Shown here: piece by piece, positions 36,801-50,292 of the stretch
Layout: each line of letters opens with the position of its first letter
Numbering within the stretch: the first letter of the stretch is position 1
NCBI GenBank assembly: GCA_004431415.1
Contig: QPMI01000005.1
Location: forward strand, 1,054,001-1,118,000
Length of the DNA: 64,000 nucleotides
Direction: 5' to 3'
From: Cyanophora paradoxa CCMP329
Taxonomy: Eukaryota > Plantae > Glaucophyta
Program-made: the position numbers and the translations under genes
Notes under the pieces: model-generated
Databases searched by the model: none
Told to the model about the DNA's origin: nothing
Seen by the model: only the letters and a program-made list of their open reading frames with translations

Positions 36801-39548
36801 TTAAACAGTCACGGAACATGCCTCGCCGGGGGTAAGAGGCGGGGGGAGGGGGGGCGGGGGGGCGGGGGGGGCGGGGGGGAGGGAGGGAGGAGGAGGCCGG
36901 AGATCGGTCCGCGGCCGCGGCCTGGGGCCGCTCGCGAGGCCAAAGAAGGCAAGGGCGGGGAACCCACAGAAAAATCTCACACAGAATCCACCGGGGGCCG
37001 GGGCCGGGGCGGCTCGGGGCCGGGGCCTGTTCCTCCGGGGAGCTCGAGGGCGGCGGCGAGGAGCTCGCGGAGGGCGCGAGCCCCGCGCCGGTTCTCCTCG
37101 TGCGCCACCAGCTGCCCGCCCCGTCGGCAGAGGCGGGGGGGCGGGGGCGGGGGGGGCGGGGGCGGGGGCGGGGGGCACCGCGAGGCCGGCCTCGGAGCGG
37201 AACTGCACGAGGCGCACGATCTCCCGCCTTTCCCCGACCCCTGTGCGCGCGCTCCGTCAGCTTCAGCGTCTGCCGGGCCGCCTGGCAGCCCGCCGCTCAC
37301 CCGAGTCGATGGTCGGGTCCGACGGGCGCGGCACCTGTGGCAGCGGTGGCGTCGGCGCCCGGCGGGGCGGGGCGGGGCGGGGTGGGGCGGGGCGGGGGCG
37401 GCGGGCCTTGGCGGGGTCCGACGCGATGCGGAGGATCACGAGCACCACGTGCATCGCCCCTGCCGGAGGGGTACGTGAGGAATGGAGGGAGGGGTACGGG
37501 GCGCGGCGGGCGGGCGCACCGCTCTCGCGCGCCGCGTCGACCGCCGCCTTCTCGGGCCTGCGGGGGCGGAGTGTTGGGAGGCGGAGAGGGGGAGGGGAAG
37601 GGGGGGGGGAAGGGAGGGGGGGAGGGGGAGGCGGGATGCAAGCGCGGGCAGGGCGGGGTGGGGGAGGCGGGGCGGGGCGTGGGGAGGGCGGGGCAGACAG
37701 CTAGGGCCGGCGGGGCGCGGGCGCGGGCGCGGGGCGGGGCCATGATCTAGGACCGGCGGGCGGTCGAGCCGGGTCGGGGCGGGGCGGGGCGGGCGGAAGC
37801 GGGCGAGGGAAGGGGGAGGAAGGGAGGGGGTTGGGGGGGGGGGGGGGGGGGGGGGGGAAGGAGCGCGGGGGGCGGCGAGCCGAGGACCGGGCAGGCTTAG
37901 GGGAGCAGGACCGCAGCGGAGGCGGAAGCTATGATCATGATCTAAGGCCGGCGGGCCGGGCGCGGGGCGGCGGGGCGGGGCGGACCGGTCGATGCGGTCG
38001 GAGGCGGCCTGTCCGACGACGACGGCGACCGGCGGGCGCAGCGCCGCCAGCTCCCCGGGCCCGCCCGCCGCAGCCGCAGCCGCAGCGCCGGGCCCTCGCC
38101 CTCGCCCTCGCCCGCGGCCGCCCACTCCGCCGCGAGCTGCTCCAGCAGCCCCTCCGGCGCCGTCGTCTGGCGCGCCCCGTCAAAGCCGGGGGGGGGGGGA
38201 AGGAGGGGGGTACGGGGGGTACCGAACCTTGTCGCCGCGGGCGTAGACGACGGGTACGACCTGGCCGGCCGCGTCGGCGGCGGGGGGCGCGTCGGGGCCC
38301 GCCGGGGGCCGGAGGGCCGCCTGCCGGGTTCCTCAGGAGGGGGGGTACGGCGCGAGAGGCGAAGGGGGGGTACCAGCTGGCGCTGGAGCTCCTGGATGAG
38401 GCGGCGGTCTTCGTCGCGCGCCGCCTTCAGCCGCCGCGTCTGCTCCTCGGCTTGCTCTGCGGGGCGAGGCGGGCGGGGTTGGCCCAGTGGGGCCTGAACG
38501 GCAGAACGAGGCGGAGCCGAGGCGAGGCGGGCGGGGTGGAAAGGGGGAGGGGCGGCAGCCTCCGACGCGCCGCTCTAAAGGGGCGAGGGCGAGCGGTGCG
38601 GGGCGGGGCGGGGCGGCGGGCACCGGCGCGGTCGCGGAGGGCGCGCTCGGCGGCGAGATTCTGGTCCGCCGCTTTCTCGAGGGCCGCCGCCGACGCCTCC
38701 AGGCGGTCCCGCGCCGCCTCCGCCCGCCCCCGCGCCGCATGCTGCGGCCGGGCGCACGCAACAACGCGTCAGAGGCGGCCGGCGCACGCGCAGGCCACGC
38801 GAGAACGGCCCGAGAACGCCACCCTACATACCTCCGCATGCAGCTGGACCTCGAGAGCCCGCTGCCGCCCCCCCGCCGCCCGCCGCTCGCCTTCGAACTC
38901 GTGCTTCGCCCGCTCGCGCGCCGCCCGCTGCGGAGCGTCAGCGTCGGAAGAAGCGAAGTTCTGGGAGAGGCACCTCCGATGCGAGCTGTGCCTCCAGCGC
39001 CTTGGCCCGCCCCTCCGCGGCCTCCAGCTGCCGCCGCAGATCCTGCGCCCTCGCCTCGGCCCCGCGCCGCCCGTCCTCGGCCTCATCCAGCCTCTCCTTC
39101 ATCGCTGCGAGCTGCTCCCCGGCGTTGATCGCGGCTGCCGCCTCGACGTCGTGCCACCACCGCTGCTGCTGCCAGAGCTGCTGCTGCTGCTGCTGCTGCT
39201 GTTGCACGTCGTGGTAGTGGTGCCAGAGCTGATGCTGCTGCTGATGCTGCTGCTGATGCCACGCGGGATGCGGCCAATGCTGCTGCGAAGTGTACAGTCT
39301 CTGCTGAGGCTCGTCGTCTAAGGCTGGAAGGATGTGGACGTAGCTCGGGTCGGCAAGCGCCGACGCCGTCCCGAAACCCGGCGGCGGGGCCGGCGGCCCC
39401 TGCGCAGCGTGGACGGCATGGGGCTGTAGCGGGGGACGGTACGGCCCCGTGGGCTGCTGGCGACAAGTGGAAGAAGGGGAGAGGGGCGGCGGCGCGGCTG
39501 GAGCCTGCTGCGACTGCGCCGCTGCTGCAGGGGGCTGCAGAGTCTGCC

Positions 39549-39580
<32 letters not shown>

Positions 39581-40400
39581 ACCGCCGCGGCGCCCGCCGC
39601 CGTTGCCCGCCCGCAACCCCAGCTGCGGCCGCCGGGATGGCCGCCGCCCCGCCACGCCATCCGCCGGCGCCGCCGCCGCCCCACCGTCCCCAACTCCGTC
39701 CGCCGACGCGCCCTTCGCGGCGGCAGGAGCCTCAGCCGCCGAACCGGCTGCGCCTGCCGGACCCGCCGCCTCCGTCGCCCCCGCCGCCCCCGCCGCTGTC
39801 CCCGCTGCCTCCGCCGGCACCGCTGCTTCCGTCGGCGCCGCTGCGCTCTTCGCGGCCTCCGGAGCCTCCGCTGCTTCCGCCTTCTTCGCCGCGGAACCGG
39901 CTGCGCCTGCAGGGCCCGCCGCCGCCTCCGCCGCTGCTCCCGCCACCTCCGCCGCTGCCCCGGCCGCCTCCGCTGCCCCCGCCGGCGCTGCTGCCTCTGC
40001 TGGCACCGCCGCTGCCTCCGCCGACACCGCCGCTTCCGTCGGTGCAACTGCTGCCTCCGCCGGGGCCGCGGCGGGTGCCGGGGACGCAACAGGCTGCAGC
40101 GACGCTGGGGCGGCTGCAGGCGCCGGCACAAGCTCTGTCGACGTATGCTCACGATCAGCAGCTCCGCTGTGCTGCTGCTGGTATGGCTGGTACGGCCGCT
40201 GCCGGCGCTGACCGTGGCCCCCGCGATCGCCACGTGGCCGCCGATCGCGCGCTGGCTCGTTGGAGGATCCCGTGTCGAGCTGGGGCGGCGCGTGCTGCGG
40301 CGCTGAGGCTGCGCCGGCGCCGGAGCTGGCGTTGACTACGATTGAAGGCCGGCCCAGGGCCCAAGCGCCCAAAGGAGCCGACGACCTGACAGCCGGCGAT
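36801..40400 (-). CDS. Hypothetical Ala-rich/poly-Q coiled-coil protein (5' structure uncertain)
   Basis: Ala/Glu/Pro repeats, Q/H/W tract, coiled-coil exons (QLAAMKERLDEAE..., AEQAEEQTRRLKAARDEDRRLIQELQRQL) and short C-terminal exons. Confidence 0.55.
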
Positions 40401-41403
40401 CCCGGTAGCGACTCATCCAGTACCGGGCGCTCTGCGTATACACGGCCATCGGACAGAGCAGGTCAAAGAGGCGGGAACGCACGTTGAGGTCGGTTGCGCT
40501 CGCCTCGCGATCGCAGAAGCCTGAGGAAGAAACCGACGGGGCTGTGAACGCCTTCACCACTACTCTGCTTCGCCCGCGCTTTCTGAATGACACGATGCAG
40601 AAACTCAACGGCATCATCCACAGATCTGAAGAGCGAACTTGCGAGACGGGAAGATCAACTCGTGCGCTAAGTCAAGGGTGTTGCATTCTAATCAAAAACT
40701 AAACGCACTCGAGCTCTCGGCGTGAAGCCGCGTCCAGCTGCCCGCCGGCTGCCTCCTCGTATTCGGCGATGAGCTCAGCGATGCCGGGCGCGCCGTGCGC
40801 GCTATCGCGGCGATTGCCTGTTGCTGCTAAGCGTCATCAGACGCGTACACGAGCTCGAGCCGCGCCTCGGGTCGGGCCGAGGCCGGCGTCGGGATGCTGC
40901 GCATGCACGGACCTTCTCTCGTGGGCGGCGCGGCGGCGGTGGACACATTGGAGCTCCCACTGTCTCCACCCATCTGCGCGAGAGGCCGATGAGCGCACGC
41001 ACGGTCGCTGAATGCTGGGTTGAGATACTGACCATTTGACGCAAGTTGGCGGCCGCGGGCGTCCGGTTGTCTCGGGCGAAGCCGCGCGGAACTGCGCGCG
41101 CCAAAGAAGTGCTCTTAGATACCTGAACGCGCCCGCGCGCGCCGAGAAGGCGCGGGATCCGAGCACTGCGATCGGCCGGGCCAGGCAACGCGCTCTGTGC
41201 GATGCGGCGCGGCGGCGCACGCGCTCGATCGGGTCGGATCGCTTGCGGATCGCGCAGGGGCTGAGCGGAGCTGCGCTCGCCGATAGATCGGCCGCCGCCG
41301 CTCTTTTTTTCGACCGAACTTCGATCGAGCTTTTCGCCGCAGCCCATCAGCGATCGGCTCCGCCGCACGCAATCTCGATCAACGCCCCCCAAAAGCGGGA
41401 ACG

Positions 41404-44400
41404 ATGTCGAACCAGGGCCCTGAGCTCTCGGCGTCCTCGCGCCCCGCGCCCGCGCCGCATCGCCGCGCGGAGCCACAGTTCGCGCGCCAGAACTTCGCCA
41501 AGACGTACCGCGGGCGCCCGTCTCCCTCGCCATCGTCCTCCTCCGGCTCCTCGTCGGGGCTGGACGTTGTTCTCGTGCGCGTCGTCGCGTCGCCCCCCCG
41601 CGCTGCCGCGCTCCGGACCGCATATGCATTCTCGGCGACGTACGCAGGTGATCGACGCCTCCGATCACATGCCGCCCTCGGCGCTCTCGGCCGCGCGCCA
41701 GGTCCGCTGCGCTCGCTTCGCGCCGGCGCATCTCGCGCACGTTCTGTTCGCAGGTCGCGTTCGAGGTCCTCGACCATCTCCCGCCCACGGCACGCGCCGC
41801 CGTCGTTCGCTTCGCTGGGGAAGCCGAGGCGCGTCGTCCTTCCGAGTGCCCTCGCGCCGTCCTGACTCGGCGCTCCGCAGATCCTGTGCCCGCTCTCGCC
41901 CGATCTCCAGTCCGCCGCGCTCGCTGTCCAAGGTTCGCTCTTCGCGTTTGAAGACGCGCCCGCTCCGTTCTTCACGCTCCTCCGCAGCGATCTCCTCGCC
42001 CGTGCTCGGCGTCGCCCGCCTCGCGGGCGCCCTCCACGCGGTCGCCGCCGACGTTCTCGTCACGAAGCACTCGCCCCGCAAGCGCCAGGCACGCCGCTTC
42101 GCCCCGAATTTGAATTCGAATTTGAATCCGCCCCGCAGGTCTGGATCCTCACGGCCGGAATGTTCCCCGCAGAGGCCCAGCAGGCCGCCGCCCGCGTCCT
42201 CAAGAGCGAGGCGAGAGCTCTTCCTTCCGCTGCTTATCTTTTAGCTTTCTGACGTTCTCGCAGTACCGTGTGACTGTCTTCGGGATTCTTTGCGGAAGCA
42301 AGGAAACCACCGCCGGCCTCGAGCCCGTCGCCAGCGTACGCCGTTTGACTCGCCGCTTGTACCCCCGTTCCGGCGCCGAATTCGATCCAGGTGGGGCGCG
42401 TGTACCCCCTGGACGGGCTCGAAGACGCTCTGGCCGTGGCTTTTCCGGAGTCGGAGGGGCGCACGGCGGCGGCGGCCGGCGAGCGGGGACCCCTCCCCGA
42501 GCGCTACGCCCGCGTGACGGGTACGCGTTCGCTCCGTCACGATCGTATCCCCTCAGCTTCGTTCGCAGTGAGCCGGATCTTCGCGGGGCGACCCCAGGTC
42601 CGCATCGGGCAGGACATCCACCTCGAAATCAAGGTACCCCTCTCGCCCCGATCCCGCTGTACCCCTCGTTAAACGGGTACTCTCCTCAGGTCGAAAACTT
42701 GGGACTGCAGTCCATCCCCGCCGGCTCCAAGGTACCCCCGCTTTCCCCCCTCCTCCCTCCCCCTGCCCGGACCCCGGTTCGAATCCGCGCAGGTCCTGAT
42801 CAAGGAGAACGCTTACTTCGGCTCTCTCATTGTACCCTTCGACCGTACGCTCGCTACAGGCGAGGCCGCCATGGGCCGGTGTGCCCGTACCCCCCGCCCT
42901 CTCCGTCCCAGGTCGCCGCGCGCTCACCTGTACCCTGCCGTAGGGGTACGCTCCCCTCGAAGGGCCGAGGCTCCCACGCCGCCCTCCACGAGTACCTCGA
43001 TCTCCTCCCCGAGGCGAGCCCGTATCCCCCTTATGCACATCTTGTGTATCCGTACCCCCCTTAAACCGGGTACCCCTCCAAAAGGTGGTCGAATACGCCC
43101 TCCTGAACGAGCACGGCGTCGTCGTACCCACCCAAGAAGACGCCTTCTGCCTCGAATTCCGTACCCCCTCTCCCTTTCTGCACCCCGCGCCTCCCGCCAA
43201 CGCCGTACCCCCCTCCAGAGGACTTCACGGGCGACCTTTTCGACTGGGAGCCGCCCTCGCCGCACGTCCCCCGGGCGAACGTTCTCCTCTTCGGTCCGAT
43301 GGGCAACGGCAAGAGCAGGCGCGTACCCCCTCCCCATCCCGGGGTACACCGTTTTCCAATTGATCCTTCGCAGCTTCTTCAACTCGCTCTGCACGAGCCT
43401 CAGCAGCCAGGTACCCCACTCTCCCGTACCCCCAACTCCCTCCCCTGTACCCCGACTCCCTCCGCCCCCAGGTCGTCCAACCGAGCATTGTGGGGGGCAC
43501 GGCCTCCCACGTCACGAACGAGTTCTTCGAGTTCAACCTGAACAGGCGCGTACCCCCCTCCCCCCTTCCCCTTTCCCCCTTCCGCCCCCCGCCCCCTTCT
43601 CGACCCTCTGAGCCTCGCGCAGCATGCGGGAGCTGCGGGACCTCAATTTCTCCGTTTATGACTCCTGGGGCCTCGACGACGAGAACTACGGGGGTACGCC
43701 CCGCGTTCTTGTACCCCCGAATGCAGCTAACTTCCTCTCCTTTTTCCCTTAGGCGACGAGATGGATCTGATCCTGCACGGGGCCATGCCCCTCCAGTTCA
43801 AGATGGACGTGCGCGGCCCCCTCCCGCTCGCTCGCGCCCTCCTACTCGCTCACGTCCCCTCGGCTGTGCCTGCGCGGCGCGGCGCTCGCCGGCGCCTCCT
43901 CCCTGCTGACGCCGGCCCCGGCAGAACACGGTGACGGAGAATCTGGTGCGGGAGCGCACGGGCGGCGCCGTCGTGACCTACAGCCCCGCCCGCAAGGCGC
44001 GCGCGCCCCTCCTACCGTAGTACCCGCCTCCTGCCACGTATCTGACGGGCGGGCGGGCGGGCAGATCCACTCGGTGGTCTTCATCGTGAGCGGCGAGTTC
44101 GTCGAGGTGCGGCGTGAGGCCCCACCAAGCCTCCTCCCCCCCTCCTCCTCTCCCTCGCCTCCCCCGCCCGACCCTCCTTGCCCTGCAGGCCGGGGGCGAG
44201 GACATGGGGCGGTTCGCGGAGCTCTACCGCAGGGCCACCCTCCACCTCCGTGCGCCCCCCTCTGCCGGTTTTGGACTAGAATCGTTAGCGAAGGCCCGGC
44301 TCCCGTGCGCCCAACTTGGCATCGCTGCCCTTGCTCGCCCGCCCGCCCGCCCGTCTTATACATCTCTGTGCCCATCTCTGCGTTCTTTCTACAACCTAGC

Positions 44401-45590
44401 ATCGGCAGCGAAGGCGCGAGCCGAAGTCAACTAAAGCGCGGGCGCGCGGGGGCAGGCCGGAAGGCGGTGGTGGCGATCTCGTACGCGGACCGCTTCGAGG
44501 GGGAGGCCGCCCGCGCCGCCCTCGTCCGCGCCGTGCGCCCCCGCCCCGCCTCCGCCCCCGATATCTTTCTTCGATCCCGAACTTTTTAGTCGATCCCGAA
44601 CTTTTAGTCGATCCCGAAGTGCTTAGGGCCGCCCTCGTCCGCGCCGTGCGCTCCCGCCCCGCCTCCGCCTCGCCCTTCCTGCCCTTCCCTGCCCCACTCC
44701 GTCGTCTGACATCTTAGAGATCCGCCTCGCCCTCCGACGCCGTGGCGGGCGGGGGGGCGGACGGGGGGGCGGGGATCTAGCTATAGAGGCTCTAAGAGTC
44801 TGAATCTTAGATCTGAGATCTGAGGCCTTTCCGTGCACTAGACGGGGCGATCCCTTCCCCGAATCCGCCGCCCCGCCCCGCCCCATCCTCAAAGCTCTGA
44901 CGCCGTGGCGGGTGGGCGGGGGCGCCAGGTGTGCGAGACGCTGCGGATACCCGCGGCGCAGGTCTACCTCCTCGAGAACTACACCGTTTCCAAGGTCCGG
45001 GCTAGTTAGAACAGCTTAGAATAGCTTAGGAGCAGCTGGAGCTTAAGAAGGAGCTGGCCTATATGTTATAAGCTTGAGGAAGAACTCAAGGCCTTAGCTA
45101 TTCTAGACCGTCCTCGTCGCTTTCTTGGAAGAGCAGAAGGTCCTAGCTATTTCTCAGCCGCCCCCGTCGCTTTCTTTCTCACCGCCCCGCCTCCTCGGCC
45201 CGGCGGGCGGCCTTCCTCCCACGCCTTTCCTTACCTCCTCGACGAGCCCCGCCCCCGCCCGCGCAGGACAAGTGCTTCCGGATCGACAAGAACGTGTACA
45301 GCATCGCGCACGCCGCTCTCCGCGCCGCGACCGACTTCATCGTCCAGGCGCGCTCTTGAACCTTTCTTTCAGCACTTTCTTGAGAGATTTAAGCTCATTC
45401 AAACTCTCCTGTCCCCTTTTCTCTAGAGCGCCTTCTTAGCCCCTAAGCTCCCCGTCTCACCGCCCCCCTAAGCTCTCCCGCCCCCCTCTCCCTTGGTCGC
45501 CTTCGAAAGCCCCCTCAAGTCCAGGCGCCCTTCTCGGCGCTCTCGCAAGAGATTTAGAATTCAAGCGCTCAAGGATTTGCCCATTCAAGC

Positions 45591-45625
<35 letters not shown>

Positions 45626-47581
45626 TCCTTATCCGCCCCCGCCCGCAGGACGAGATGGCGCCGGTGGCGTGCCCGTACGCCCTCGACCCCGCCTACGTCC
45701 CCCCGGCGCCGCGGGCGGCCCCGGGCCCGGGCGGCCGGTCCGGCGCCGTGGGGAGCCTGGCGGTCGAGGCCCGCGCCGACGTCCTGGGGCCCCAGGTTCG
45801 TGATTTCTCATATATTTAACGAGACATCTAGTGCCATCCCCGTCTAGACGTCTAGTTTAACTGATAGAATCTTTAACTTTAACTGTTAGGGAGAGCTTGA
45901 AGGGCAGCTTGGCAAAGAGCACGGAGGGAAGCTTCTAGCCTAGCCTAGCCTAGCGGGCGGGCGGGCGGACGTCCTGGGGCCACAGGTGCGGCCGCGCTTC
46001 AAAGGAAATCTGAACAGATTTAGAGAGCCTAGTCCGGACTCTCCTAGGCCTCCCCAAGTCTAGGACTTCAGTCGAGCCTGACACCTGGCCTGCGCAGTCG
46101 GCGGGCCTCTCGTCGCGCGTGTGCCCCTTCATGGCCAAGTCGGGCAGCTGCCCCGCCGGCACCTCCTGCGCCCTCCGCCACGGTCCGCCCCCGCCCCAGC
46201 ACCCCGTCCCTCCGTCCCTTGATCTTGAGCTAGAGCCTCCCCTCCGAATTGGCGCTTGAGCTTAAAGCTTAAGCCCCGACTCCGAATCCCCCTCCTAGAG
46301 CTTCCCTTTGACTTCAGCTAAGCTGGGTCAGCTTAAGCTCAGCTTACGCTTCTTAAGTCCTCCGCGTCTCTTGCGAGATCTTGAGCTAGAGCCTCCCTCC
46401 GGCTTGGCGCTTAAGCTTGAGCTTAAGCTCCTCAAGTCCTCCGTCTCCTAGCTTCAGTTTAGCTTCAGCTTAAACTCTTTGGCTTGGCTTAAGTGTAGCT
46501 TAGCTTAAGCTCAGCTGAGCTCTGACTCGGCGGCGGCGGGGGCGCAGACCTGGGGAGCCTGCCGTGCCGCCGCTGGTTCGGGCTCCCCGCGGACCACCCC
46601 CTCCGCTGCACCCGCGGCCCCCGCTGCCGCTTCTCCCACGACGACCGCTCCTGCCCCACCCCCGAGGACCGCGCCCGCGTCCGGGTACGCCATTCGTTTC
46701 CCGAAAGGATCGCGTACCCCGGGCCGGGCCGACGAGCCGGGACGTGGCGCAGGAGGAGGCGCGGCGCATGGGGCTCCTCAACAACCTTCACCAGCCGATC
46801 GCGACGCGCCCCGCGGCGGCGCCTGTGGCGGCGGCCGCCGCCGCCGCTCCGCCGCGCCGGAGCGGCTCCGGCGGGCGGGGCGGCCGTGCTTCCCTCCCCC
46901 TCCGCGGCCTCGGTCAGTGACCTGGCCCCGTTCTGTAACTGCCATGTACCCCGCAATCTGAACGAGCGAGCGGCACCGCGTGCAGGCGAAGAGGGTTTTG
47001 GCGGGGGCGGGGGCGAGGGGGGTAGCCTCCTCGCCGCGCTCCTCGGGGGCTTCCGGCTCTCGAGCCCGCCGCCGCCGCCGCCCCGCCCCGTCTCCTCCCC
47101 GCCGCCGCGCCGGCCGCGGGCGCCGGTGCATGCACCGGAGCCTGGCCTGACCCCAGCGGACATCCCCGACCGCTTCATCTGCCCCATCACCCTCAGCGTG
47201 ATGGAAGGCTCGCAAGCTAGCTCTAGATTCAGATCTGCCCCCGAGCCTCGGAGCCGGGCCGAGCCGGCCCAGCAGGGCTCTAGATCTCGTGATCACTCAC
47301 TACCGCCGTGGCAGACCCCGTGCTGCTGAACGACGGGAGCGGCCGGAGCTACGAGCGGGGGGCCCTCGCCCGCTGGCTCGCGGCCTCGGGCACCTCGCCC
47401 CTCACCCGCCGGCCTCTCGTGCGCCTAGGCCTTGGCCGAAGCCCTCATGATCAAGCCTGCTGAGCCGGGGCCGGGGGCGCAGCCGCGTCCGCAGCTGACG
47501 CCGAACCGGGAGCTGGCGGCCGCGATCGCGGCCTGGCGGGCCGGGGCGGGCGGCGGGGCCGCCGCATGTGCGACCCGGTAG
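41404..47581 (+). CDS. VWA domain + IFI44-like P-loop GTPase + two CCCH zinc fingers + U-box E3 ligase fusion protein
   Basis: VWA: LDVVL|VIDASDHM...AAVVRFAGEAE...RKRQ|VWILTAG...VTVFGI. GTPase: NVLLFGPMGNGKS|SFFNS, VYDSWGL, LILHG, IHSVVFIV, ISYAD, VYLLENY, ALRAATDF. CCCH: CPFMAKSGSCPAGTSCALRH and CRRWFG...CTRGPRCRFSH. U-box: IPDRFICPITLSVME|DPVLLNDGSGRSYERGALARWL...SPLT...LTPNRELAAAIAAW. Confidence 0.85.
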
Positions 47582-48060
47582 CCCTATGCGCACCTGGCCT
47601 CAAGCTAGCGCTGTTGGCCATGGGCCGCCGGGGCCCATAGCCAGTCGCTGAGGGATTCAGAGACTCTCTGCAATCGAAAGCGCCCGCAGCTGGGAAGCTT
47701 GAGCTCGAAGCCCGCAAGATACAGATCAATCGATGTCGATATCGAGAGCGCCGCGCGCGCGCGTAGCCGATATCTCTGCGGCCGCGTATATATACGCAGA
47801 CGTAAAGAGCTAGAGCGCGAGCTCGCGACGTCGACCGAGCATCGCCCGTGCAGGGCGATCTAGAATTATCGAATCCGCGAGCGCGCCCATCGCCGGGCAG
47901 GCCTAGGGGCCTGGCCCGGCGGCCATGGGCTGGGCTGCGGAGGACCGGTCGCCGAATTTCGACAACGAGGACGTACCCCCGCAATTGCGCTATCTCCCGC
48001 CAGCTTCGCAACAACAGCGCCTGTGGGCCCACACAAGCTCCCCAACCGCATTGCCGAGCC

Positions 48061-49130
48061 ATGGAGTCGACCAGCTTCTATCCCGGATACAGCTCGATCG
48101 GCGGCACGACGCTCGGGCAGTGGGGCAGCCCGAAGGCGAACTACGCCTCGACCGTGCGCCTCGGCGCCCGCTACCCGGTCTCGCCAGACTCCTCTTACAT
48201 CGTAAATACCGAAATGGGTGAGCGCGGCGCCCCCGCCGCGCCGCTGCGCTCACCCGGACGCTTGTGACGTCAATGACGCGCGCGCGTGCGCGGGCGCTTC
48301 GCCTCGCAGGCGACGCGGACGCAGCGAGCCGGGAGCGTCTCCAGATTGCACTCAACGCGTCGCGGGCCCGCCAGCGCCTCCGCTTCGCCGGTGCGTCGGA
48401 GGACCGGTCACAACGCAGCACGCGCTCGCCCTTTCATAGAGTCTAGACCTTCTTTCACGCTTCGTCTTCCGCTTACGCGTCGCGTCCCGCGCAGGCTCTG
48501 TCAAGGACGCGGACGCCGAGCGCGAATGGATCCACAAGGGCGGAGCGTCCGTCCAGGAGCTCGAGCCGGGCTACCTTCCCCCGCACGCCTTCGTCTTCCG
48601 CCCCGAGCTGGGCTCCCACCAGGCGCACTTCATTTTCGCGGCAGCCTCCACCGTGAGCTCCTTCTCGCCCGCCCCGAATTTGATCTGACTGCGCGAATTT
48701 GATCGACGTCGAAAAGGAACCCGAGCTCTTCGGTACGCGCGGCGCGGCGCGGATCCTGCGCTTCTCTGATGTCGCGAAGCCTCGCCGCTCACGCCATCCC
48801 TCCGCAGGCCTCGGCGTGGAGAAGAGCCTCGAGGACCTCGACCGCTCTGCCGCGGCCGCGGAGGGCGCGGAGGGCGGCGCCGGCGCCGCCGCGGGCGGGG
48901 ACGCCGTCTCTTCGTACATCCGCAGGCGCCGCGGGACGGCCATCGACTCGCTCGTCGCCGCCACGGCGGCCAAGCCGCGCCGGGAGGAGAAGGAGGGGGA
49001 GGAGAAGCCCTCGCTCCTCGGGGAGGCGGCGGGGGCGCTGGGCGGGGCGGCCACGTCCCTTGCGCAGAAGCTCGAGGCGGCCGGCGAGGCGGCCGCCCGC
49101 GCCACGGGCCTCTCCCAGCGCGACGAGTGA
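48061..49130 (+). CDS. Hypothetical 3-exon protein
   Basis: MESTSFYPG...NTEM|GSVKDADAEREW...|GLGVEKSLEDL...SQRDE* with canonical splice sites. Confidence 0.6.
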
Positions 49131-50292
49131 TGATATGATGTATGGGCGTTCTTCTTCGAATGTTAGGCCTAGCTAGGGCTTCCAGTAGCATCGATTCCTT
49201 TTCCGTAATTGCGAGTTTCCAGCTTTGATAATTAGAAGGGGCTTCGATATCAGACCTAGAGACAGTGGCCCCATGATCGGCCTGCCCTGAGATTTCCTTC
49301 GGAGGGCAGGCAGCCGTCACGGCGTTGTATAGCGCGACAGTGTACAGAATTCTGAGCTTCAATTATTAACTTCATTTTCAATTCTGCAGCTGACTTCAAT
49401 TATTAACTTCGTTTTCCGCAACTGTGTTGGGCGCAAACGCCCGACTCGCGTTCAAGTGTAGGGGCTTTAATTTCCACCTCCGCCCCCCCCTCCCCTCCGG
49501 ATCTCCTCCCCCCCTCCCCTCCCCCCCCTCCCTCCCCTCCCCCCTCCCCCCTCCCCTCCCTCCCGCCTCCCTCCCCCTTCGGGCCCCCTCCCTTCCCATT
49601 CCCCTTCCCCCACCCTGCATGACCCCGACGTACGTGGCCGTGGGCCCGAAGGCGGGTTGAAGGTAAGAGCTGTGCGTCCTCTGCAATTTCTCAGTGCCTC
49701 CGGATCCCCCGGGCCCTTCAATTTGTGCCTTCAATTTGCAAGCCATCTAGATCTGCAGTGCCTGGTTCGGCGTGCACGTGGGCCCGCCGGGCCGGCTTTC
49801 GTTGCGGTCTATGCATATGATCATGAATATATGATCATAATCATGATCAGCCGCTGAGCGGCTCCTGCTGCAGCTGCGGCGCAAGCAGCCGTACCGTAGT
49901 ACTGATACACTAGTACACTAGCACTAGTACTAGCTATAGTACTCCGGATCCGCCAGCCGATCGCGAGCCTCGGAGGCACCCACCCGGCCCATGGCCAGAT
50001 AGATAAATTAAATAATTCAATACCGGAACCCCACGCGTACGTACACATATATATGTATATACTGGTAGAACGTGCACATCACGTACACGGCGCCCCCCAC
50101 CCCCATGCCCCACGCTGCATGAATTTCGAAAGTTCAACGGTTCATGCATATGATCAGGTACAACCAATTGCAAGCCATTCATTGAGCAGAAAACACAAAT
50201 CCAGCCAAGCTACGAGGCAACAGCCAGGCCGATTATATCTCGGCAAGGCAAGGCAGGCCAAGTTATCTCTCGAGCTCAGAGTCTACCTATAG

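Noticed and set aside
41379-42081. Minus-strand ORFs as a retroelement remnant
   Set aside because: The region is better explained as the VWA exons of the plus-strand fusion gene.
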